The notes under the pieces were generated by a model. The model was not told the origin of the DNA and did no database searches. It saw only the letters and a program-made list of their open reading frames with translations. Position numbers and translations under genes: made by a program. Source: Candidatus Latescibacterota bacterium (lineage in GTDB: Bacteria > Latescibacterota > UBA2968 > UBA8231). From it: 64,000 bases of DNA. The stretch lies in assembly GCA_963422735.1 (NCBI GenBank), contig OY730476.1, positions 4,096,001-4,160,000 on the forward strand, read 5' to 3'. Positions 1 through 8,271 of this stretch are shown here, in pieces (the stretch's first letter is position 1; every line of letters begins with the position of its first letter).

Positions 1-208
1 GGCGCACCTGGGCCAGCCCACTGTCGCCATCGGCAGCCAAGTATAGCTCAGAGCGGTTGCAGGTGGAGAGAATGGCCGCCTCGTGCAGTCCGTAGTCGCC
101 GACGAGCCGGGCTAGGGCCGAGGGCTGATCGCTTTCAGGGAAGGCTAGCCGCTCGCGGATTTCCACCGGCGCAGTGCGGTGATTAATTCCTAAAGTCAGT
201 ATATGCAC
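1..208 (-). CDS. hemA: Glutamyl-tRNA reductase, 5' part (runs off the window edge)
   Basis: Manual translation from GTG at 208: [23 protein letters not shown]...[14 protein letters not shown], containing the HemA GxNHxTAP and STCNR motifs. Confidence 0.93.
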   Translation of the reverse strand, partial: MHILTLGINHRTAPVEIRERLAFPESDQPSALARLVGDYGLHEAAILSTCNRSELYLAADGDSGLAQVR

Positions 209-256
209 AACCTTAAAAATACTTATTTACTATCTATGGGGAAACAGTGAGCCTAA

Positions 257-449
257 GAAGCGGTTTTAAAACTCGCATCGGGAGTCGAGTATCAGTGGTT
301 AGTGTCCAGTGGTTAGTGGTCAGTCCCCGCCCGCGCCTATGGGCTTTATAATACGGGCGAATATCAATCAATCGAACGGTCAGTCCCCGCCCGCGCCTAT
401 GGGCAGGGAGACGAACCACGAAGCCAGCACGGGAATTTTAAGAACCTTC
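257..449. mobile_element. MITE-like non-autonomous element (IS5/IS1031-like ends) with internal repeats
   Basis: Imperfect terminal inverted repeats (gaagcggttttaaaactc ... gaattttaagaaccttc) flanked by TAA at 254-256 and 450-452. The left end matches the right end of the 63302-63430 element at 16/19 nt. Confidence 0.55.
318..404. repeat. Two exact 27-bp direct repeats separated by a 33-bp AT-rich spacer
   Basis: ggtcagtccccgcccgcgcctatgggc at 318-344 and 378-404, preceded by AGTGGTT-type heptamers at about 294-320. Confidence 0.9.
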
Positions 450-472
450 TAACACGCCAAAGGAATGCAGCT

Positions 473-1336
473 ATGGTCAAATACCTGCTGGTCGGTTTGG
501 CACTCTTAGGTGCGGCAACCGATGTGGATGCCGGGGCTTGGACTTTGCAGAGAGGCCAGCTCTGGGGCAAACTCGCGTATTTCCAGCAGCGCACGCAGGA
601 GTGGTATGTCGGCAAGGGCCGCTTTGGTGCGCCCGGCACTCGCGCCCGCTACGACTTTGATGGGCAATACGAATCGCGGGCCGTCTTTTTCGAGGGCCTG
701 TACGGAGTCACCGACCGCCTAGACATCGGCTTGCAGGTTCCCTATTGCGACCAATCCTTTGCCAACGCCGCGTTTGCCGAACCCCGCACGGATACCGGCC
801 TGAGCGACATCCGCGCCTTGGTCAAATTTCGCGTCTTGGCCAAGCCCTTGGTCCTCGCGCTTAAGGCCGGCGTCAAGGTGCCGACCGGAGAATTCAAAAA
901 CGAAGACGGGCTGATCCCAGTGGGCGAAGGGCAGTGGGATTTCGACTTTGTCGGGCAGGTGGGGCGCTCCTTTTGGCCGCTACCCTTGTACGGCAACATC
1001 GACCTCGGCTATCGCGTCCGCACCCGCAACGAGCAGATCGACCGCGACTTAGGCGACGAGTGGTTCCTCAACGCCGAAGTAGGCTACCAGCTCGTGCGCC
1101 AGCTCATGCTGCTGGGCAAATGCGAGGTGCTCCGCAGCAATCCGGCGGTCGTCTTCGGCGGCATTGAGGCCGAGATCAAGCGCATTACCTACTTGACGCC
1201 GGCTCTGCTCTACGCAGTCGGCCGGCGCACGACTGTCGAGGCAGCGATGCGCTTCTCGCTCAATGGGCGCAATTTTCCGGCCGGGCGCCAGCTCGTCTTG
1301 GGATTAGCGACGACGTTGGGAAAAGACGGGGGCTAG
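473..1336 (+). CDS. Exported protein, probable outer-membrane beta-barrel (phenol MetA-pathway/'transporter'-like)
   Basis: Signal peptide ending AGA-W; amphipathic strands; DTGLSDI and VKVPTG motifs; aagga RBS upstream. Confidence 0.6.
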   Translation: MVKYLLVGLALLGAATDVDAGAWTLQRGQLWGKLAYFQQRTQEWYVGKGRFGAPGTRARYDFDGQYESRAVFFEGLYGVTDRLDIGLQVPYCDQSFANAAFAEPRTDTGLSDIRALVKFRVLAKPLVLALKAGVKVPTGEFKNEDGLIPVGEGQWDFDFVGQVGRSFWPLPLYGNIDLGYRVRTRNEQIDRDLGDEWFLNAEVGYQLVRQLMLLGKCEVLRSNPAVVFGGIEAEIKRITYLTPALLYAVGRRTTVEAAMRFSLNGRNFPAGRQLVLGLATTLGKDGG

Positions 1337-3000
1337 CGGCGTAGCTTGGCCAAGCGCTGTTGGATGGCCGCAGCCATGTCTGGCCGCTGGCCAATGACGG
1401 CGTCGAAATGAGGCTTGGCCTCGGCGGAGCGGCCCAGCATCTCCAACACCAATCCCAAGTTGAAATGGGCCTCGGCAAAATCGGGGTTGATCTGCAAGGC
1501 CCGTTCAAAGTGGGCGACGGCGCGATCCCATTGGCGGCCTTGAGCTAGCGCGATCCCAAAGTTCACGTGGGCTTCCGGGTACTCCGGATTGTATTCCAGT
1601 GCCAACTCGAAATGCTCCAAGGCCAAAGGACGCTGGCCGGAACGCATGTAGAACATGGCCAAGGTGTGGTGGGTGTCCCAGTCTCGGGGCTGGGCTTCGA
1701 GTAGCTTCTTGTAGCCATCGATTTCCTGCCCCAGCCACTTGCGGTAGAAGTCGCGGCGAAGTCGCTCTAGATCCTCGGGGCGGCGCGGCAAAATCTGCAG
1801 CGTCAGGTCGCCCATCTCGTCGGTCGAGTACAGCCCGTAGCGCACCCGCACGGGTGGGTCGTGGGGTTGGCGGGGGTTTTGTGCGGAGTTGTCGTACGCG
1901 TATTCCATGATCAGCGTCGAGCCAGCCGGCAAAAAGACCGGCACGGCAAATCGGTAGTCGTCCTGCCAGCTAAAATCCCAGTCCTCAATCCATATAAGCC
2001 ACTCCCGCTCTTGGTTGGGTAACTCGGCGTACGCCCGGATTTCCCGGCCGAGGTAATGCGCGTGTGGGTAGATGGTCAGGACCTCGACGTCCACGGGTAG
2101 CAGGTACGTATCGCGGATCCAATAGTCGCTCGCGCCGGCCGGTATGTCTAGGTCCTTGCGGCCTAAGCGCAGCATGGCCGGGCGTCTCTTGGGCGGCGCA
2201 TCGGCAAAGAACAGGCCGACGCGAGCCTCAATGGATTCCTCCTTGCCGGTTGGCAACATGTGCAACTGTAGCAGCAAGTCCGTGCCCGGGTCGAGCCGCC
2301 AAGCCAAGCTGTCGCTGCCGGGGTATGGGGTCTTGCCTTGGGTCCAGCCGAGAAAGTGCCCGTCGGCATCCTCGGCCTCGCCAAAGCTCATGCCGTCAAA
2401 ACCCGGGGCACCGTCGCGCCCGTCCCGCCGCCGCGCCGCGCCGCTGCGGTCGATCATCATGGTGGCGTGGTGGACGATGCGCGCGTTGCCTGGCTTGAAC
2501 TCCAGGGCCTTGACGTAGCGAGTTGAGTCAACGGGCAGCGGGATGGCGAAGTTGCGGAAGACATCTGGGCCGTCGGCCCGCAGGGTGTAGGCCGATGTCA
2601 TGGAGGCGATTAAGCCGGGCTGGCCTAGCTCCCACTCGCCCTTCCACTGGGGCAGCGGAGGTCGGTCGGAATGGCCCTCCTGCTTGCCGTGGTCAACCCA
2701 ACGGCGTATCGTGGCGATCTGCGCCGCACTCAATCCGCGCTCGCCGACAAAGCGACCGTAGCCGCGCTTGGGCTTCCACGGCGGCATATAGCGGCTCTCC
2801 GTGACAAAGGCGATTTGCTCAGCGCGCGCACTCACATCCGCATAGCTGAGCAAATCAAAGGGGGCTGGGCCTGCGGGCTGGTGGCAGGGGGCGCAGTGCT
2901 GAAAGACGATCGGGGCAATGTCTCGGTTGAAAGTTGGGATTTCTCCTCCACCACTGCATCCAAAGCAGACCGCGACCAAGGGCACCCAATAGCGCATCAT
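1333..3000 (-). CDS. Lipoprotein: cytochrome c + PHM/DBH-like copper monooxygenase + TPR domain
   Basis: Lipobox-like FGC; CAPCH heme motif; IVHH, LQLH, YPHAH and TDEM copper ligands; C-terminal TPR repeats (PEAHVNFG, FAEAHFNLG). Confidence 0.8.
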   Translation of the reverse strand: MMRYWVPLVAVCFGCSGGGEIPTFNRDIAPIVFQHCAPCHQPAGPAPFDLLSYADVSARAEQIAFVTESRYMPPWKPKRGYGRFVGERGLSAAQIATIRRWVDHGKQEGHSDRPPLPQWKGEWELGQPGLIASMTSAYTLRADGPDVFRNFAIPLPVDSTRYVKALEFKPGNARIVHHATMMIDRSGAARRRDGRDGAPGFDGMSFGEAEDADGHFLGWTQGKTPYPGSDSLAWRLDPGTDLLLQLHMLPTGKEESIEARVGLFFADAPPKRRPAMLRLGRKDLDIPAGASDYWIRDTYLLPVDVEVLTIYPHAHYLGREIRAYAELPNQEREWLIWIEDWDFSWQDDYRFAVPVFLPAGSTLIMEYAYDNSAQNPRQPHDPPVRVRYGLYSTDEMGDLTLQILPRRPEDLERLRRDFYRKWLGQEIDGYKKLLEAQPRDWDTHHTLAMFYMRSGQRPLALEHFELALEYNPEYPEAHVNFGIALAQGRQWDRAVAHFERALQINPDFAEAHFNLGLVLEMLGRSAEAKPHFDAVIGQRPDMAAAIQQRLAKLRR

Positions 3001-3545
3001 TGCAGGTCGGCGATAAAGCAGCCAATCGCTTCGGTAGCACTCGGGTCCGGGGAGCGATCAGCGAGGGCGGCCTCTATGGCATTTGCGAGGTCGCTTCGGG
3101 TCGGCTTCGGGCGCGCTTGGTCGAAAGCTGTGTAGCGATCGTCGATGCGGCCCCGATAGACGACGTTGCCGCGCACACCTAAAACTACGGCTTCTGGAGT
3201 CGCGGTCGCGCCGACTCTTTTGACTAGGGTGTGCTGCACATCCCGCAGGGCTAGGCCCGGCAAGCCGTATTCCCGGCCGTGACGGCGGATGGCGTCCGCA
3301 TCCTCGCGGCGGTCGGGATACACCAAGTAGAATGCCACGCCTTGCGGCTGGAAGCGGGCATGGAGACGCGCTATAGTCGGGGCGTAGCGGTTGGAGATAG
3401 GGCAATCGGTCTGGACGAAAAGCAAAACCGTAGCGGAAGCGCGGTTGACAAAGGGATCAACCGGATTGCCAGCCAAGTCTAGGGCGTGGGGCGGGTCGGC
3501 GCGGCAGCCCACCAGCAGTAGGGATGCGAGAATAGCTAAGATCAT
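2997..3545 (-). CDS. Redoxin (AhpC/TSA-like thioredoxin fold) lipoprotein
   Basis: LLVGC lipobox; DCPISNRY, ATPEAVV, YRGRIDD and terminal IGC; overlaps the start of the downstream gene. Confidence 0.8.
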   Translation of the reverse strand: MILAILASLLLVGCRADPPHALDLAGNPVDPFVNRASATVLLFVQTDCPISNRYAPTIARLHARFQPQGVAFYLVYPDRREDADAIRRHGREYGLPGLALRDVQHTLVKRVGATATPEAVVLGVRGNVVYRGRIDDRYTAFDQARPKPTRSDLANAIEAALADRSPDPSATEAIGCFIADLQ

Positions 3546-3614
3546 AAAAAAAGAAAACGGATATTGGGCACGGACGGCAAGACTGCCGACTTTTGCATTT
3601 TCATTAGGCAGGGA

Positions 3615-4211
3615 ATGACTTTGGCCTCTACATTGTCTAAAAATATGTCGGAGCAAGTGGGCACAGACCGCGCCCTAATCAACCAAGCACGTGCGGGCGA
3701 CGAAGCGGCCTTGCGCGCCCTAATCGAGCGCTATGAGCCGCAAGTGGCCGCCACAGTCGTGGGCATGTTGGGGCCGGGCGACGAGGCCGACGACGTAGGG
3801 CAGGAGACCTTTGTCCGCTTCTACCAATCGCTGGACAAGTTTCGCGGCGACGCGGCGCTGGGCACTTATTTGACCCGCATTGCCATCAACCTCTCGCTCA
3901 ACGCATTAGAGCGTCGCAAGCGGCAGCGCTGGCGCTTTTGGAGCCGCGACGACGAACAGGCCCCGCCCGAGCCGAGCGTCGATGGCCGCGACGAACAGGC
4001 CACACGCGAGCACGCGCAAGCGGTGCAGGCGGCCCTTGCTCAGCTCAAGCCATCCTTCCGGGCGGTAGTGGTGCTGCGGATGATCGAGGGCTATTCGACA
4101 AAGGAGACGGCTGCGCTGTTGGAGATCGCCGAGGGCACGGTGCTCTCGCGACTTTCGCGCGGCATGAAACAACTAGAGACCATCCTCAAAGCCGAGGACC
4201 TGTATGACTGA
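3615..4211 (+). CDS. ECF-family sigma-70 factor
   Basis: GDEAALRALIERY, DDVGQETF, region 4 AEGTVLSRLSR; start at 3615 or 3645. Confidence 0.92.
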   Translation: MTLASTLSKNMSEQVGTDRALINQARAGDEAALRALIERYEPQVAATVVGMLGPGDEADDVGQETFVRFYQSLDKFRGDAALGTYLTRIAINLSLNALERRKRQRWRFWSRDDEQAPPEPSVDGRDEQATREHAQAVQAALAQLKPSFRAVVVLRMIEGYSTKETAALLEIAEGTVLSRLSRGMKQLETILKAEDLYD

Positions 4212-4614
4212 CAGCTATCGCAGCGAAATGCTAAGGGTGCTGACCGGCGAATTGACCGAGCGCGAGCGCGAGGCATTCGAGCGTACCTTAACTACCGACG
4301 ACGCGCTCCGCGCCGAATGGGAGCACCTGCAAAAAGTCAGCGGTCTTTTGCAGGAAAGCCGCGTCGAATCGTTCCGGCCGTTCTTTGCCGCTCGCGTCGC
4401 GCAGCGCGTCAAAAGTCAGCGCGAGGAAAGCCTCACCGACGCGCTCGTGTGGCTCTTCCGCCCCCTTGCTCCGGTCGCTTTAGTGGTGGTCGCCTTTTTG
4501 GCACTGAGCAACTGGAGCGAGCGCGAACTCATCGGCGACGACGCCTCGTTCCTCGCCGCGATTTTCGCGGCCGTACCCGCCACGCCCGAAGCGGCGTACG
4601 TAATGGACATGTAA
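4204..4614 (+). CDS. Putative membrane-anchored anti-sigma factor
   Basis: Overlaps the sigma stop; N-terminal GELTEREREAFE...LRAEWE anti-sigma-like helix followed by one TM segment. Confidence 0.65.
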   Translation: MTDSYRSEMLRVLTGELTEREREAFERTLTTDDALRAEWEHLQKVSGLLQESRVESFRPFFAARVAQRVKSQREESLTDALVWLFRPLAPVALVVVAFLALSNWSERELIGDDASFLAAIFAAVPATPEAAYVMDM

Positions 4615-4615
4615 C

Positions 4616-5005
4616 ATGCGAGAGAAAACCAAAGGGGCACTCATTCTCTTTAGCACCCTGCTCATCGGCGTTTTGATCGGGACCTTGCTCTCTGGCTGGT
4701 TTATCCGCGATCGAATGCGGCCGATTCCGCATCCCCGCTATTTTGTCCGCAGCACCGAGCGGTTGATCGCGCCGCAGGACGAAGAGCAGCGCCAAGCCGT
4801 GCGGACCGTACTACGGCGATACGTCGCAAAGCTCCGCGCCCTCGACGCCAAACATCGGGAGGCACTAAAGGAGCAGTTAGATGCGGCGCGGGCCGAGCTG
4901 GCCCCTTTGTTGTCTGAGGAGCAACTGCGGCGGCTGGATCGGCGGCAGCGGCGCTTCGGGGAGCTGATGGGACCTTGGCGCGAGCGGCAACGGCACAAAA
5001 AATGA
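4616..5005 (+). CDS. Membrane-anchored periplasmic helical protein (Spy/heavy-metal-sensor-like)
   Basis: N-terminal TM segment; LSEEQ motif; in the operon with the ECF sigma. Confidence 0.55.
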   Translation: MREKTKGALILFSTLLIGVLIGTLLSGWFIRDRMRPIPHPRYFVRSTERLIAPQDEEQRQAVRTVLRRYVAKLRALDAKHREALKEQLDAARAELAPLLSEEQLRRLDRRQRRFGELMGPWRERQRHKK

Positions 5006-5133
5006 AATCGCATGGGAATGAATAGCATCAATCGGGGGTCTAATGGGGCGTAGAGAAGAGGAATGGCCGTTTCTCACGAGCCGCCGACTAGGGGCGGCGA
5101 ACCCAACTAACCACCCAACGCGGAGAACGTAAC

Positions 5134-5712
5134 ATGAAAAAGAAATGGATCATCCTAGCCGGTGTCGCGCTGGCACTCGGTGCGCTTGCCACCGTGGCCG
5201 TAGCCGAGCGCAGGGGAAAGATGCAGGAGTACAGGCGGCCCACTCTGAGGATGCTGGAGCGTCTCGACCTGACCGACGAGCAGAAGGAGCAGTTGCAAGC
5301 GTTGCACAAGGAACACATGGAAGCCATGCGCGAGCAGCGCGAGACCATGGCCGCTATGGGCAAGGAGCAGCGCGAAGCCGCAATGAACATTTTGACCGCG
5401 GAGCAGCGGGAGGTCATGAAAGAAATGCGTGCCAAGCGCGGCAAATTTTTCGGGCGGAGCGGCTGGGGGGGCAAAGATCGGCACGCCATGGGGCGCGGCG
5501 ACAAGAGCGCGTTCTCTAGGCTGGACCTGGCCGACGAGCAGAAGGAACAGCTCGAAGAATTGCGCGAGGAACAGCGCACAGAGATGCGTGAAGCGCGCCA
5601 AAAGCATCGCATGGCCTTGGAAAATGTCTTGACCGACGAGCAGCGCGAAAAGCTCGAAGAAATGAAGGACGAGGCGTTTTACGGCGGCAAACGCTGGCGC
5701 GGCAGGCGGTAA
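5134..5712 (+). CDS. Spy/CpxP-family periplasmic chaperone
   Basis: Signal peptide; four LTxEQ-type motifs (LTDEQ, LTAEQ, LADEQ, LTDEQ); Met/Glu/Arg-rich. Confidence 0.85.
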   Translation: MKKKWIILAGVALALGALATVAVAERRGKMQEYRRPTLRMLERLDLTDEQKEQLQALHKEHMEAMREQRETMAAMGKEQREAAMNILTAEQREVMKEMRAKRGKFFGRSGWGGKDRHAMGRGDKSAFSRLDLADEQKEQLEELREEQRTEMREARQKHRMALENVLTDEQREKLEEMKDEAFYGGKRWRGRR

Positions 5713-5725
5713 GCACTTTTTTACG

Positions 5726-5757
5726 ACGCGGAGTAGCCAAACTACTCCGCGTTTTTT
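5726..5757 (+). terminator. Rho-independent terminator
   Basis: acgcggagtag-ccaaa-ctactccgcgt perfect stem followed by a T run, directly after the Spy stop. Confidence 0.85.
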
Positions 5758-5962
5758 ATGCTCTCGTCAGGGCCAACTGCAACGATCAAAAAATCAAAAA
5801 AGCGGAACAAGCACGGGTCTTTCGGGTGGTAAGAGACGGTGCAAATTCGCCAACCACGCCCTTGTGCAACGTCCAGTACCCGATTTGGCAGAGCATCCTT
5901 TTCTTCAGTATCTTTTGCCATGCGCCACTGACGCTTAACAACGACACCCCCTTGAGCTTCTT

Positions 5963-6805
5963 ATGATAATCGACTCGCATACCCACGCTTGGGAATACTG
6001 GCCCTACGAGCCGCCCGTGCCCGATCACAATAGCCGCGGCCGGGCCGAGCAACTGCTGTGGGAAATGGACCGCAACGGCGTCGATAAGGCCGTGCTGGTC
6101 TGCGCCCGCATCGAGCACAATCCCCACAACAACGACTATGTCGCCGAACAAGTCCGCGCCCATCCCAGCCGCTTGGTGCAATTCGCTGACGTGGATTGCT
6201 CGTGGTCGGCAGAATACCACACCCGAGGCGCGGCCGCACGGCTCAAAGTGGCCGCGGCGAAGTACCAGCTCAAGGGCTATACTCACTACGTAAAGAGCGA
6301 TACCGAGTGGTTCGCGTCCGCGGAGGGGCTCGCGTTTTTTAGTGCCACGGCCGATCTGAACCTGATCGCCAGTCTGGCCTTGGGGCCGCAGTGGCAGCCA
6401 GCGCTGCGCGAGCTGGCACTGCGCTTTCCGTCGGTTCCTTTTCTCTGCCACCACATGGCCGGGGCCAACGCGCGCGAGGAGGCGCCACACCACAATCTGC
6501 AGGAGATTCTGCGCTCGGCCGAGGTGCCCAATATCTATCTCAAGCTCTCGGGTTTTCACTACGCTTCGCACGTCTCGTGGGGTTACCCCTATTCGGATAC
6601 GCACCACATCGTGCGCCAGCTCTACGAACACTTTGGCCCCCAGCGACTGTGCTGGGGCTCGGACTATCCGGTGGTTCGATTCAACATGACCTACCAGCAC
6701 GCGCTCGAAGCATTTCGCACCCACTGCACGTTCATCCCAGACGAACACAAGCACCTTATATTGGGCCAGAACTTGGCCGGCCTGCTCGACCGAGCCGGCG
6801 CTTGA
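5963..6805 (+). CDS. Amidohydrolase family protein (amidohydro_2)
   Basis: IIDSHTH, CHHMAG, YLKLSG and WGSDYP motifs. Confidence 0.9.
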   Translation: MIIDSHTHAWEYWPYEPPVPDHNSRGRAEQLLWEMDRNGVDKAVLVCARIEHNPHNNDYVAEQVRAHPSRLVQFADVDCSWSAEYHTRGAAARLKVAAAKYQLKGYTHYVKSDTEWFASAEGLAFFSATADLNLIASLALGPQWQPALRELALRFPSVPFLCHHMAGANAREEAPHHNLQEILRSAEVPNIYLKLSGFHYASHVSWGYPYSDTHHIVRQLYEHFGPQRLCWGSDYPVVRFNMTYQHALEAFRTHCTFIPDEHKHLILGQNLAGLLDRAGA

Positions 6806-6817
6806 ACCCTCCCGCAG

Positions 6818-8224
6818 GTGATTATGCTACCGTCCGAATATTCCAAGCGCGCAGGCCGCACAATTCGCCGCTGCTTGCTCATAGGCTCGATTTTCGCCGG
6901 CTGTAGTTCCGACGATCCGGGGCCGGTCCAAACGGCCGAGCACGGGTCAGATTCGACTTGGGATATTATCCAAACGGAAATTCTTGCCGGCCAATGCGTT
7001 AGCTGCCACGCGGCCGGGTCCTCGTTTGGGCGTCAGTCGGGCCTCGTGCTCACTCCGGATGTGGCCTACGAACAGCTCGTGGGTGCCGCTCCGACAAACG
7101 CGGCCGCCGCGGCCGACGGGCTGGTGCGAGTCAGCGACCTCGGACAGGGCATGCCCGGCCTCCTCAAAAGCTATTTGTGGGAGAAGACCAACGCTCCCGA
7201 TCAGCAGCATTTCTACGGCGACCATCCCTACTACGGGGAGCTAATGCCCTTTGGAGGCGAGCCGCTGACCAATGGCGAATTGGCTTTTATCCGCACTTGG
7301 ATCGAGGCTGGCGCACCAGAGACAGGCCACGTGGCCGATCCAGCCCTCTTGGAGGACGAGTCTCGCTACGAGGTGCCGGAGTTCAAGCCGCTAGCCGAGC
7401 CGGAAAACGGCGTCCAACTGCACTTGCCGCCTTTTGAGATACAGCCCAACTCCGAGCGCGAAATTTTTGTAGTGCATCCGCTGAACAACGAAGACGATGT
7501 ATTCCTAGAGCGCATCCAGATTTCCATGAAGTCCGGCTCGCACCACTTCCTGCTCTATACATTCCAAGACGACATACCCCCCGCAGGTGTGCCAGAACCC
7601 TACGAATATCGCGAATTGCACGACGGCACCGGCCAATACGTCCTTGAAACCTTACTCACGCAATTTTACCACCTGCCAATCGCCGGCAGCCAATGGCCTT
7701 TCTTCGATTTTTCCCTGCCGCCCGGAGTGGTGATGCGGCTGCCCAAGAACACCCTGCTCGACCTCAACTCGCACTATGTCAATCGCACCAGTCAGCCCGT
7801 TACCGGCGAGGTCTATGCCAACTTGCACTTTGCCGACCCATCTGAAGTAGAGCACGAGGCACATCTTCTTTCTTTAAATAATTTCTCGATTTCTCTGCCG
7901 GCCGAGAAGGTGACGACTCTAGAGAAGGATTTTACTTTCTCCGAGCGCACCCACATTGTGCAGCTACTCTCGCATGCCCATCAGCTCATGGTGGAATTCC
8001 GGGTCGAAATGATCGGGGGAGCGCACGATGGCGAGCTCATCTACGTCGCTTACGATTGGGAACACCCGCCGATCCTGAAATTCGACCCCCCTCTCGTCCT
8101 AGAGCGAGGAGAGGGCTTCAAGTTAGAGGCGACCTACGACAACTGGACCGATCAAGAGATCAACTTTGGTTTACTGTCAACAGACGAGATGATGATTCTC
8201 TTTGGGATTTACTACGAAGATTAA
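6818..8224 (+). CDS. Lipoprotein: cytochrome c + PHM/DBH-like copper monooxygenase
   Basis: FAGC lipobox; CVSCH; ELMP...WIEAGA cytochrome c end; GSHH, LNSH, SHAH and DEMM copper ligands; exact start uncertain. Confidence 0.75.
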   Translation: MIMLPSEYSKRAGRTIRRCLLIGSIFAGCSSDDPGPVQTAEHGSDSTWDIIQTEILAGQCVSCHAAGSSFGRQSGLVLTPDVAYEQLVGAAPTNAAAAADGLVRVSDLGQGMPGLLKSYLWEKTNAPDQQHFYGDHPYYGELMPFGGEPLTNGELAFIRTWIEAGAPETGHVADPALLEDESRYEVPEFKPLAEPENGVQLHLPPFEIQPNSEREIFVVHPLNNEDDVFLERIQISMKSGSHHFLLYTFQDDIPPAGVPEPYEYRELHDGTGQYVLETLLTQFYHLPIAGSQWPFFDFSLPPGVVMRLPKNTLLDLNSHYVNRTSQPVTGEVYANLHFADPSEVEHEAHLLSLNNFSISLPAEKVTTLEKDFTFSERTHIVQLLSHAHQLMVEFRVEMIGGAHDGELIYVAYDWEHPPILKFDPPLVLERGEGFKLEATYDNWTDQEINFGLLSTDEMMILFGIYYED

Positions 8225-8271
8225 CTTATCTTGTAAACGAAAAAGCCACGACACCCCAATTTTACACGCGG

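Noticed and set aside
318-404. Calling a bona fide CRISPR array
   Set aside because: Only two repeats, no cas genes in the window and no clear match to a repeat family I recognise; kept as a repeat and a finding only.
5786-6754. 322-aa minus-strand ORF
   Set aside because: Antisense shadow of the amidohydrolase with no motifs; expected in high-GC DNA.
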